32,000 nt of DNA from Longivirga aurantiaca (GTDB lineage: Bacteria > Actinomycetota > Actinomycetes > S36-B12 > CAIYMF01). Positions within the stretch are counted from its first letter, which is position 1, and every line of letters starts with the position of its first letter. The notes under the pieces are model-generated. The model was not told the origin of the DNA and ran no database searches. It saw only the letters and a program-made list of their open reading frames with translations. Where the stretch lies: contig NZ_JBHSTI010000003.1 in the NCBI RefSeq assembly GCF_042660085.1, positions 11,962 through 43,961 on the forward strand. The letters are read 5' to 3'. The position numbers and the translations under genes were made by a program. Of the stretch, positions 9,486-17,261 are shown piece after piece.

Positions 9486-9983
9486 GTGACCGAGGAGCCG
9501 CGCGACCCCATCGCCGAGGCCCACCGCCAGTGGGTCGCGCACGGGTGGGAGGACGCCGCCGACGGCATGGCCGCGATCACCTCGCTCATGCGCGCGCACC
9601 AGATCGCGATGTCGCGGGTGGAGGCGGTGCTGCGGCCGCTCGGGATCTCGTTCGCGCGGTACGAGACGCTCATGCTCCTGCACCTGTCGCGGCGGCACGC
9701 GCTGCCGATGCGCGTGCTCGGGTCGCGGCTGCAGGTGCACCAGACGAGCGTGACCAACGCCGTCGACCGGCTCGAGGCCGCAGGCCTCGTCGTACGCACG
9801 CCGCACCCGGACGACCGCCGCTCGACCCTGGTCGAGATCACCCCCGAGGGCTCCGCGCTCGCGGAGAAGGCCACCGCAGCGCTGAACGAGCAGGTCTTCG
9901 CCGATCCCGGGCTCCCGGCGTCCCAGGTGACCAGCCTGGTCTCGGTGCTGCGCCGCTACCGCCAGGGCGCCGGCGACTTCTGA
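9486..9983 (+). CDS. MarR family transcriptional regulator
   Basis: 165 aa with a winged-HTH pattern (FARYETLMLLHLS..LGSRLQVHQTSVTNAVDRLEAAGLVVRTPHPDDRRSTLVEIT), typical of the MarR family. Confidence 0.88.
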   Translation: MTEEPRDPIAEAHRQWVAHGWEDAADGMAAITSLMRAHQIAMSRVEAVLRPLGISFARYETLMLLHLSRRHALPMRVLGSRLQVHQTSVTNAVDRLEAAGLVVRTPHPDDRRSTLVEITPEGSALAEKATAALNEQVFADPGLPASQVTSLVSVLRRYRQGAGDF

Positions 9984-9999
9984 CCCCGCGTCGTCGTTC

Positions 10000-10061
10000 G
10001 CGAGTTACTGCCCGAATGGTCGTTGAAGGGCATCGCTCAGCGACCCTTTGGGCAGTAACTC
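10000..10061. terminator. Long hairpin between convergent genes (candidate bidirectional terminator)
   Basis: CGAGTTACTGCCC (10000-10012) pairs perfectly with GGGCAGTAACTCG (10049-10061). The 36-nt loop contains nested pairs (AAGGG/CCCTT and TCGC/GCGA). No U-tract follows. Confidence 0.45.
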
Positions 10062-10077
10062 GAGACGCCTGCCGGCG

Positions 10078-10938
10078 TCAGGACGATGCGGTGCGCAGGC
10101 CCTCGGCGTACGCCGTGAGCGCGTCGGCGGCCGGGCCGAGCACGTCGTCGCCGCTGCGGCCGAGGTCGGGCGAGGCCAGCATCGTGGAGGCGGCGGCGAG
10201 CAGCCGGTCGTAGACCGCGACGCCCTGCGCGAGCCGGCCGCGCACCTGCTCGGCGGCGTCCGTGGCGGCCGTCGCGGCGGTCGAGCCGGGCAGCTCGCGG
10301 CGCACCTGGTCGAGCACGGCGAGGCGGGCGACCTGCGCGGTGAATGCGGGCGCGGCCTCGTCGTCGGCAGCCTTGAGCTCCTTGCCGGCGTCCGGGTGGA
10401 GCGAGGCGACGGCCGGCACCATGCTGACGAGCTGCCGGCGTACGGCGGCCAGGCCCTGCGACTCGGTGAATCCGATGGCGTCGCGGCGCAGGTCGTCGGC
10501 GCGGGTGATGGCAGACATCGTGGGCGGCTCGGGCGGGGTGATCGTGCGCGAGCGGTGCCGGGCGCTGACGGCACGGACGGCGAACAGGGCCGACCCCAGC
10601 AGCCACCACCATGGTGCGCCGGGGATGACGCCGTTGTCGGTGGCGACGGTGGCGGCGTCGATGAGGCCGAGCGTGCCTGCCGAGGCGGCGATCGCGGTGC
10701 TGGTGACCGCGCGCGACCGGAGGTCGACGACGCGCTTCTGGTGCTTGGTGACGGCCTTGGCGTGGGCCTCCATCGCCTTCGCGTGCTCTCGGGTGGCCTT
10801 GGTGCCCGATCCCTGGGCGAGCGCGTACGCCTCCGCGACGTCGAGCCCCTGCTCGACGAGCGCGGTCACCCGCTCGGCCAGCTTGGCGACGTCCTTGCCC
10901 ACACCCCCACGGTAAGCCCGCACCCCCGCCCCGGTCAT
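10078..10938 (-). CDS. Hypothetical membrane-associated protein (286 aa)
   Basis: High GC3. Start set at the ATG (MTGAGVRAYRGG..). The N-terminal part is helical and Ala/Lys-rich, followed by one clear hydrophobic segment (PWWWLLGSALFAVRAV). The ORF-track extension to 11382 runs through the divergent intergenic region and into the hydrolase gene. Confidence 0.6.
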   Translation of the reverse strand: MTGAGVRAYRGGVGKDVAKLAERVTALVEQGLDVAEAYALAQGSGTKATREHAKAMEAHAKAVTKHQKRVVDLRSRAVTSTAIAASAGTLGLIDAATVATDNGVIPGAPWWWLLGSALFAVRAVSARHRSRTITPPEPPTMSAITRADDLRRDAIGFTESQGLAAVRRQLVSMVPAVASLHPDAGKELKAADDEAAPAFTAQVARLAVLDQVRRELPGSTAATAATDAAEQVRGRLAQGVAVYDRLLAAASTMLASPDLGRSGDDVLGPAADALTAYAEGLRTASS

Positions 10939-10964
10939 GCCCGATCCCCGACCCGGCAGTTTGC

Positions 10965-10990
10965 GATGAAGGAGTCCTTCATCCAATAGA
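10965..10990 (-). promoter_or_regulatory. Leader element copy 1 (TCTATTGGATGAAGG-N3-CCTTCAT, read on the minus strand)
   Basis: Read on the minus strand it ends 27 nt upstream of the ATG at 10938. It forms an 8-bp stem with a 3-nt loop. 22 of 25 positions are identical to the copy at 11159-11184 on the other strand. Confidence 0.45.
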
Positions 10991-11158
10991 CCCGAACAAT
11001 CCTTCCCACCATGAGACAAGGGAAGCGGGCCCGGTCGGGGCCGGTCGTGCCCACGGCGTGATCTGTGCGGGTGTACGCATCCGACCAGAAGGCCCAGATC
11101 CAGTGCACGTCCGCCGCGGCAATCCGGCTCACGACGATGATGGGAACCTGAGTACTGC

Positions 11159-11184
11159 TCTATTGGATGAAGGTCGCCTTCATG
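11159..11184 (+). promoter_or_regulatory. Leader element copy 2 (TCTATTGGATGAAGG-N3-CCTTCAT)
   Basis: Ends 23 nt upstream of the ATG at 11207. It forms a 7-bp stem with a 3-nt loop and mirrors copy 1. Confidence 0.45.
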
Positions 11185-11206
11185 TGGAACCCCGTAGGCT
11201 CGGGGG

Positions 11207-12061
11207 ATGCCGGTGGAGAGCGCGGAGCTGCATCTGGACGACCCGGTGCTGGGTTCGGTCGTGCTGGACGCGGTCATGGCGGGGGCGGACGACGGCATCC
11301 CCGTGCTCCTGCTGCACGGCTGGCCGCAGACCTCCCTGTCGTGGCGGCAGGTCATCCCGCCGCTGGCGAGCTCGGGCTGCAAGGTCGTGGCGGTCGACCA
11401 GCGCGGCTACTCGCCGCAGACCCGCCCCGTCGACGTCTCGGCGTACGCGCTGCCGCACCTCGTGCACGACGCCGTCGGCATGATCGAGGCGCTCGGCTGG
11501 GAGAGCGCGCACGTCGTGGGGCACGACTGGGGCGCGGTCGTCGCCTGGGCCCTCGCCGCCCAGCGCCCCGAGCTCGTCCGCACCCTCACCGCCGTCTCGG
11601 TGCCGCACCCGCAGGCGTTCAACGCCGCGCTGAAGTCCGACCCCGTGCAGTGGAAGAAGTCGGCGTACATGGCGCTGTTCCGCACCGCGCCCGGCAAGGC
11701 CGCGCAGGTGCTGCTGCGCGACGGCGCGAAGGCGCTGCGCGAGGTGTACGGCGATGCCGTGCACAAGGTCGACGTCGAGCGGTACGTCGAGTTCTTCAGC
11801 GACGACGACGCGATGGAGGCGTCGCTGCGGTGGTACGCCGCGATGGGCGGCGACCAGTTCAAGGACATCGGACCGGTCGACGTGCCGACCACGTTCGTGT
11901 GGGGCAACGACGACGTCGCGATCGGCGCGCAGGCCGCGCGCGGGTGCGGCGAGTGGTGCCGCAACGACTTCGAGATGCGCGTGCTCACCGACCGCGGCCA
12001 CTGGATCCCTGACGAGGACCCCGACGCGCTCGTCGACGCGATCCTCGCCCGGATCGGCTGA
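11207..12061 (+). CDS. Alpha/beta hydrolase (epoxide hydrolase / haloalkane dehalogenase-like)
   Basis: LLLHGWPQTSLSWRQVIP, the nucleophile elbow VVGHDWGAVVAW, and a C-terminal ..DRGHWIPDEDP carrying the catalytic His. Confidence 0.88.
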   Translation: MPVESAELHLDDPVLGSVVLDAVMAGADDGIPVLLLHGWPQTSLSWRQVIPPLASSGCKVVAVDQRGYSPQTRPVDVSAYALPHLVHDAVGMIEALGWESAHVVGHDWGAVVAWALAAQRPELVRTLTAVSVPHPQAFNAALKSDPVQWKKSAYMALFRTAPGKAAQVLLRDGAKALREVYGDAVHKVDVERYVEFFSDDDAMEASLRWYAAMGGDQFKDIGPVDVPTTFVWGNDDVAIGAQAARGCGEWCRNDFEMRVLTDRGHWIPDEDPDALVDAILARIG

Positions 12062-12139
12062 GGTGCAGAGGATCCCGCGGATGACGAGCCACGTGGACGT
12101 GCAGCGACCGTCGTACGCCGACGGCAGGAGGTGCGCGTC

Positions 12140-12970
12140 GTGCCGATGATGATGGCGGTGACGTTCACCCGTGCCGGTCGCCTCTACTACCTCGACGCCG
12201 GGGACGTGACGGCGAAGGTCGGCGACAAGGTGCTCTACCCGACGTCGTCCTCGCCCGAGGTGGCCGAGGTGGTGTGGGGCCCGGAGTGGGTCAGCGACGA
12301 TGTCGGCGGCCTGCCCGTCTGCGCTGGCAGAGCGGGGCAGGAGGACGAGCGCCGCGACGAGACCAACAAGAAGAAGCGCGCCGAGATCCAGGTGGCGGCG
12401 CAGAAGCTCATCCGCGCGTCGAAGCTGCCGATGAAGGTGAGCGGCGTCGACTGGTCGGACGTCGGCCACGAGTCGGGCCGCGCCACCGCCACGGTCTACT
12501 TCACCGCTCCCACCCGCGTCGACTTCCGCCAGCTCGTCCGCGACCTCGCGCAGACGATCGACGCGAAGGTGGTGCTCACGCAGCTGTCGGCGCGCGACGA
12601 CGCGCGCGTGCAGGGCGGGATCGGCTCGTGCGGCCGCGACACGTGCTGCTCGACGTTCCTCGTCGACTTCGAGCCGGTCACGGTGCGCATGGCGCGCGAC
12701 CAGGACCTGCCCGCCAACCCGATGAAGATCTCGGGTGCCTGCGGCCGGCTCATGTGCTGCCTGAAGTACGAGCACCCGATCTACGACGAGTTCCGCGCGA
12801 CCACGCCGGCCGTCGGCACCAAGGTCGAGACGCCCGAGGGCGACGGCAAGGTCGTGGCGCACGACGTGCCGCGCGACCAGGTCGTCGTACGCCTCGAGGC
12901 GGGCGGCAAGGCCACGGTCTGCGACCGCGCCTCGGTCTGCGCGAGCCGCGCGGCCTACGACTCCCGCTGA
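12140..12970 (+). CDS. PSP1 domain protein (RicT/YaaT-like)
   Basis: ..VTFTRAGRLYYLDAG.. plus the Cys-rich PSP1 C-terminal pattern (GSCGRDTCCSTFL..ISGACGRLMCCLKYE). The start is placed at the GTG at 12140, 8 nt after GGAGG (12127-12131). The ORF-track start at 12131 overlaps that SD. Confidence 0.85.
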   Translation: MPMMMAVTFTRAGRLYYLDAGDVTAKVGDKVLYPTSSSPEVAEVVWGPEWVSDDVGGLPVCAGRAGQEDERRDETNKKKRAEIQVAAQKLIRASKLPMKVSGVDWSDVGHESGRATATVYFTAPTRVDFRQLVRDLAQTIDAKVVLTQLSARDDARVQGGIGSCGRDTCCSTFLVDFEPVTVRMARDQDLPANPMKISGACGRLMCCLKYEHPIYDEFRATTPAVGTKVETPEGDGKVVAHDVPRDQVVVRLEAGGKATVCDRASVCASRAAYDSR

Positions 12971-13107
12971 CCACCGGCTGCTCGAGCTGCTCGCGTGCCA
13001 TACGGCGTCACGCGCGGTGACGTCGGCCACCCGGGACGGCCCGCCCGTGCGGGTGACGGCGGAACTCGCGGCGTCGGCGGGGCGTCCCACCTTCGGAAGA
13101 TGGCAGG

Positions 13108-14733
13108 GTGGTCCTGCCCCACCGTCTGCAGTCCGGAGCCCGCGCAGTGACCTCTCGCCCGAACCGACTGTTCCCGGGCTCGCGCACCCGGCGTGTGCTC
13201 CACGGGTCGGCGGCACTCATATCGGTTGCGCTGCTCGCCGCCTGCACGCAGGCCCCGGACCCCGGCACGTCGGTCACGCCCACCACTACGCCGAGCGGCT
13301 CGTCGTCCGAGTCGCCGTCGTCGGGCGGTGACGGGCTCGCGCAGTTCTACGGCCAGAAGATCGCGTGGAAGGGCTGCGGCGGGTCGTTCCGCTGCGCCGA
13401 TCTCACGGTGCCGCTCGACTACTCCCAGCCCGACGGCGACACCCTCGCCATCGCCCTCATCAAGCTGCCCGCGGCCGACGAGGCCAACCGCATCGGCTCG
13501 CTCGTGCTCAACCCCGGCGGCCCCGGCAGCTCGGGCGTCGACTACGCGCGCGCAGCCCGCGCCGTCGTCGACGAGAAGGTGCGCGACGTCTACGACGTCG
13601 TCGGCTTCGACCCGCGAGGCGTGGGCAGGTCGGACGCCGTGAAGTGCCTGACGGACGCGCAGACCGACGCCTTCATGGCAGCCGACGCGACGCCCGACAC
13701 CCCCGAGGAGGTCGCGCAGCTCGAGAAGGACTCGAAGAAGTTCGCCGACGCCTGCGCGAAGAACTCCTCGAAGCTGCTCGCCCACATCGGCACCGAGAAC
13801 GCCGCCCGCGACATCGACGTGCTGCGCGCGGCGCTCGGCGACAAGCAGCTCAACTGGCTCGGCGCGTCGTACGGCACGCTGCTCGGAGCGACGTACGCCG
13901 GCCTCTTCCCGGACAAGGTCGGCCGGATGGTGCTCGACGGCGCGCTCGACCCGGCGCTGTCGAACAACGAGCTCTTGCACGGCCAGGCCAAGGGCTTCGA
14001 GCTCGCGTTGCAGCACTTCGTCGAGGACTGCGCCAAGCAAGCCGACTGCCCGCTGCCGCGCGACGAGCAGGCCGGCGTCGACCGCATCAAGCAGTTCCTC
14101 GACGACCTCGACGCGAACCCGCTCGCCACCGGCGACCCGAAGCGCCCGCTGACCCAGGCGCTCGCGGCCAACGCGATCCTCGGCTATCTCTACGTGCCGC
14201 CGTTCGACTGGGAGCAGCTGCGCTTCGGCCTGCAGCTCGCCTTCGAGGGCGACGGCTCGGTGCTGCTGTCGATGCTCGACGCGCGCGTGCAGCGGACCGA
14301 GGACGGGAAGTTCGCCTACAACCCCTACTCGTCGTTCCTGTCGATCAGCGCCGTCGACCGGCCGGACCGACCGACGACGGCGGAGTCGGCCGACATGGCC
14401 GCGATGTGGGAGAAGGAGTCGCCGGTCTTCGGCGCTTACCTCGGCTGGGGCACCCTCGTCTTCGGCTACTGGCCGGTCGAGGCGACCGGCACGCCGGGCG
14501 AGATCACGGCGCCCGGCACCGGGCCGATCCTCGTCGTCGGCACCACGTACGACCCGGCCACGCCGTACCCCTGGGCGCAGGCCCTTGCCAAGCAGCTCGA
14601 GGGCGGTGTGCTCCTGACCCGCGTCGGCGACGGGCACACGGCGTACGGCATGGGGTCGCCCTGCATCGACGAGGCGATCGACACCTACCTGGTGACCGGT
14701 GAGCCGCCGGCCGACGGCACCATCTGCCGCTGA
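13108..14733 (+). CDS. Secreted alpha/beta hydrolase, tripeptidyl-aminopeptidase (TAP)-like lipoprotein
   Basis: Lipobox (ISVALLAAC). LVLNPGGPGSSG, the nucleophile motif WLGASYGT, and a TAP-like C-terminal domain (..VVGTTYDPATPY..GDGHTAYG). The exact start is uncertain; in-frame GTGs at 13147 and 13196 are also possible. Confidence 0.85.
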   Translation: MVLPHRLQSGARAVTSRPNRLFPGSRTRRVLHGSAALISVALLAACTQAPDPGTSVTPTTTPSGSSSESPSSGGDGLAQFYGQKIAWKGCGGSFRCADLTVPLDYSQPDGDTLAIALIKLPAADEANRIGSLVLNPGGPGSSGVDYARAARAVVDEKVRDVYDVVGFDPRGVGRSDAVKCLTDAQTDAFMAADATPDTPEEVAQLEKDSKKFADACAKNSSKLLAHIGTENAARDIDVLRAALGDKQLNWLGASYGTLLGATYAGLFPDKVGRMVLDGALDPALSNNELLHGQAKGFELALQHFVEDCAKQADCPLPRDEQAGVDRIKQFLDDLDANPLATGDPKRPLTQALAANAILGYLYVPPFDWEQLRFGLQLAFEGDGSVLLSMLDARVQRTEDGKFAYNPYSSFLSISAVDRPDRPTTAESADMAAMWEKESPVFGAYLGWGTLVFGYWPVEATGTPGEITAPGTGPILVVGTTYDPATPYPWAQALAKQLEGGVLLTRVGDGHTAYGMGSPCIDEAIDTYLVTGEPPADGTICR

Positions 14734-14855
14734 CCTGCGGTTTCGCTCCCGTTCACGGGTGCAGCGGTCGGCCGCGAACGGCGTACGGCCGATTCGGAGG
14801 CATGGCCGGGGGTCGGGTATCGTTCCGACTCGTGCTCGCCGCCTGCGGCGACCAC

Positions 14856-14932
14856 GCCGCCTTAGCTCAGTCGGTCAGAGCGACGCACTCGTAATGCGTA
14901 GGTCATCGGTTCGATTCCGATAGGCGGCTCCA
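14856..14932 (+). tRNA. tRNA-Thr (anticodon CGU), with encoded CCA
   Basis: Manual cloverleaf: acceptor GCCGCCT/AGGCGGC, D arm GCTC-AGTCGGTCA-GAGC, anticodon arm ACGCA-CTCGTAA-TGCGT, variable loop AGGTC, T arm ATCGG-TTCGATT-CCGAT, discriminator T, then CCA. Confidence 0.95.
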
Positions 14933-14933
14933 C

Positions 14934-14966
14934 AGCGCCACCTGCGGTGATACCGCCGGTGGCGCT
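14934..14966. terminator. Strong hairpin between the tRNA-Thr 3' end and the integrase stop
   Basis: A 14-bp stem with one mismatch (AGCGCCACCTGCGG / CCGCCGGTGGCGCT) and loop TGATA, followed by TTTC. It fills the entire gap between the tRNA and the int stop at 14968. Confidence 0.5.
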
Positions 14967-14967
14967 T

Positions 14968-16110
14968 TCAATTGGGCTGGCTTTCCGGGTCACTCGTCCC
15001 CATCTCGTCCCCGATCATCGTGTCGAGCCTGCGAACGGCGCTGTTGAGGTGGTCGGCGGACAGCAGGTGCCCGTAGGTGTCGTGGGTGGTCCGGCTGGAC
15101 TGGTGGCCGAGCAGCGACTGGACGCTCTTGAGGTCGGCGCCGGCGGCGATGAATAGCGACGCCGCCGTGTGGCGCAGGTCGTGGGGCCGGTGACCGACAG
15201 CGGTCGTCCAACCGACGGCGCGCCTCCAGTTCGACTCGCTGATCAAGCCGCCGCCGGGTGCCGAGAAGAGCGGCTCATTATGGCCCTTGCCTTCCATGCG
15301 GGCGAGCACCAGCGGCACGGCGGCGTTGGCGACGGGGACGCTCCGGCGCCGGCGCCCCTTGGGGTACGGCTTCAGGCTGGCTTTGCCTCCGCCGTGGTCG
15401 TAGATGACGGTCCGGCTCACGTCCAGCGTCATGGTCGTCCCTCCCGTGACGGAGGTGCCGATCATGACGTCGCCGACGCGCAGCCCCGCGACCTCGCCCC
15501 AGCGAAGGCCGGTGAGGCCGAGCACCAGCGTGATGTCTGCCTGCGGGCTGCGTTCAAGCTGCTCCTGGTACAGCGCGCGGAGGGCTGTGAGCGTGAGGGG
15601 TCGTGCCCGCTGAGCCTGTTCATCTCGGCCGCGTCCGGGTGCGCGGCGGACGGTGACGTCGGAGGCGACGTTCTGGGTGATCCGGCCGTCGCGGGTGGCG
15701 AAGCTGAGCAGGGCCTTGAGCGTGGCAAGGACGCGCGTCGCCGTTGCCGGCGACAGCCGCTTGTCGCTGACCAGGGTGCGGGCGAACTCCTCGACGTCGG
15801 TGCGCCGAATGACGCCGATGGGCTTCTTGCCGAGGGTGGGCAGGATGTGGACGGCGAGTGCGCTCTGGTCGCTCTGGAAGGTTCGGCGTTCGACCTGAGG
15901 CTCGCGCACCGGCAGCCACTGCGCGGCGAGCTCGGCGAGCGTCGCCCGGCCCAGGGCGGGATCGACCCAGCCCGAGCTGTCGATGCGGGCGCGCTGCTGC
16001 CGCTCCCAGGCTTCGGCCTGGCGGCGCTGCGCGAAGGTCTGGTCGGCGACGACGCGGCCGCGGACCTTCACGCGGACGCGGTAGCGGCCCGCCTCGGTCT
16101 TGTTGATCAT
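14968..16110 (-). CDS. int: Tyrosine-type site-specific integrase
   Basis: 380 aa. N-terminal arm-type DNA-binding region (GRYRVRVKVRGRVV), the catalytic residues TGLRWGEVAGL (Arg), HDLRHTAAS (HxxR) and DTYGHL (Tyr), and GGAG 8 nt upstream of the ATG. Confidence 0.93.
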   Translation of the reverse strand: MINKTEAGRYRVRVKVRGRVVADQTFAQRRQAEAWERQQRARIDSSGWVDPALGRATLAELAAQWLPVREPQVERRTFQSDQSALAVHILPTLGKKPIGVIRRTDVEEFARTLVSDKRLSPATATRVLATLKALLSFATRDGRITQNVASDVTVRRAPGRGRDEQAQRARPLTLTALRALYQEQLERSPQADITLVLGLTGLRWGEVAGLRVGDVMIGTSVTGGTTMTLDVSRTVIYDHGGGKASLKPYPKGRRRRSVPVANAAVPLVLARMEGKGHNEPLFSAPGGGLISESNWRRAVGWTTAVGHRPHDLRHTAASLFIAAGADLKSVQSLLGHQSSRTTHDTYGHLLSADHLNSAVRRLDTMIGDEMGTSDPESQPN

Positions 16111-16210
16111 GGTGAGACTCCTGGAGCACGGTTTCCTCCGGTATCGCAGCCACCGCCGACAGCGGACAAGCAGTGGGCGCGCCGGCCTGTGGACGACACG
16201 CGGAGATCGC

Positions 16211-16444
16211 TCAGCGCTGGCGGTCGGCGACGCTGGGCGCAGCCTCCGTCAGCACCTCGCCGTCCAGCACCCGCCGAAGGCAGGCGGTGGGGATGCGGAT
16301 GAGCTTGCCCATGCGCACGACCGGGGTGGGCCAGGCGCCGGTGCGGACAAGCTCGTAGGCCAGCCCGCGACCGATGCCCAGGACGCTTGCAGCTGTGGGG
16401 AGGTCGACGAGAGGCGGGAGCTGCGCGAGTTCGATGTGGGTCAT
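16211..16444 (-). CDS. xis: Excisionase-family / MerR-like HTH DNA-binding protein (77 aa)
   Basis: MTHIELAQLPPLVDLPTAASVLGIGRGLAYELVRTGAWPTPVVRMGKLIRIPTACL is the classic excisionase helix-turn-helix pattern. It is on the same strand as int and directly upstream of it. Confidence 0.8.
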   Translation of the reverse strand: MTHIELAQLPPLVDLPTAASVLGIGRGLAYELVRTGAWPTPVVRMGKLIRIPTACLRRVLDGEVLTEAAPSVADRQR

Positions 16445-16534
16445 GGGCGTCTCCTGGCGGGTGGGTGCCACCTGGCAGCGGCAGGTACCACCAGGTGCGC
16501 GTCGAGAGGCCTCGACACGCATCGGCCGCTGCCC

Positions 16535-16746
16535 GAGTCCGTCACCGAGTCCGTCACGGACTCCGTCATCAGTGGACGATGGTGCGTGACTCCGTCACCA
16601 ACTCCGTCACCGACTCCGTCACGACATGGACGGTGGCGCCGGCGCTGTCATGGAGTCCGTCACCGACTCCGTCACGGCGTCAAGGGCGGTGCCGGCGCTG
16701 TCATGGAGTCCGTCACCGACTCCGTCAGTGCGTCCATGGGCTCCCG
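16535..16746. repeat. Four phased 53-bp tandem repeats, each made of three 12-bp GASTCCGTCAC-type units plus a 17-bp spacer
   Basis: Repeat starts are at 16535, 16588, 16641 and 16694. Ten well-conserved 12-mers (for example GAGTCCGTCACC, GACTCCGTCACG) and two degenerate ones (GGCGCTGTCATG) are all in the same orientation. The spacers are related to each other. The 17-nt spacers break any single reading frame. Confidence 0.9.
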
Positions 16747-16898
16747 CACGTTGAGGACCCCGACTCCGGCCGCGGCATCGAGGTCGTTGCCTCGCTGTTT
16801 GATCGACGCATTCGGCTTCGCGTGTTGTCCACAGGTGGGCACGTGACGTTGACGCGGGTTCGTTCGCCATCGGTCACCTTGGCGAACTGGAGGCCACC

Positions 16899-17261
16899 AT
16901 GGACGACGTCGACGATGCGGGAGCCCCCGCGCGGGCGGCGCTGGAGATTGCTTTGGTGGGCCTTCTGGCCGATCTGCGCCGGCACAGGCGCGACCACGTC
17001 GTGTCCCTCGGCGTCGTCGGCGCCACGGGGCGCCTGAGCGCCATCCTGCAGACTCTGAGCACGAGGACGACGGGCCACGGCGTGCGCTCCGGCGGGCCGG
17101 CCGAGCGCTTGGTGTCGGCGCGTGCCGCCGTGGCCTTCCTGGTCGACGACGCCGAAGCCTTGGGGCTGTCAGCCCACCTGCTCCTGCTGCTGGCCCGGGC
17201 GGCGCACGCTCTCTCGGAGGCCGAACGCGTGCTCCTCCCGGGCTCCTGGGAATCAAGCTGA
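16899..17261 (+). CDS. Hypothetical protein (120 aa), orphan ORF of the element remnant
   Basis: GGAGG lies 5 nt upstream of the ATG. GC3 is very high in this frame, and there is no in-frame start upstream (stop at 16800-16802). The Ala/Leu-rich translation has no motif I recognise, so it could still be spurious. Confidence 0.4.
   Translation: MDDVDDAGAPARAALEIALVGLLADLRRHRRDHVVSLGVVGATGRLSAILQTLSTRTTGHGVRSGGPAERLVSARAAVAFLVDDAEALGLSAHLLLLLARAAHALSEAERVLLPGSWESS

Noticed and set aside
6305-10213. A 1302-aa ORF on the plus strand spanning icmF, the intergenic region and marR
   Set aside because: It is antisense to a clearly recognisable icmF. The translation is Arg/Ala/Gly/Val-rich low-complexity sequence, typical of stop-poor alternative frames in high-GC DNA, and it ignores the real MarR frame.
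10935-11132. A 65-aa minus-strand ORF inside the divergent intergenic region
   Set aside because: It has no SD and poor codon bias, its 3' end overlaps the start of the 10078-10938 gene in another frame, and it runs through leader element copy 1. There is no supporting motif.
16535-16746. A possible CRISPR array
   Set aside because: The repeat units are only 12 bp, the 'spacers' are 17 bp and similar to each other, and no cas genes or leader are present.
16100-16846. A 248-aa plus-strand ORF containing ESVTESVTDSV repeats, and the minus-strand ORFs showing VTESVTDS
   Set aside because: The peptide repeat is produced by the 12-bp DNA repeat. The 17-nt spacers shift the frame between clusters, the 5' part is antisense to the xis gene, and both strands give the same pseudo-peptide because the unit contains GAGTC/GACTC.
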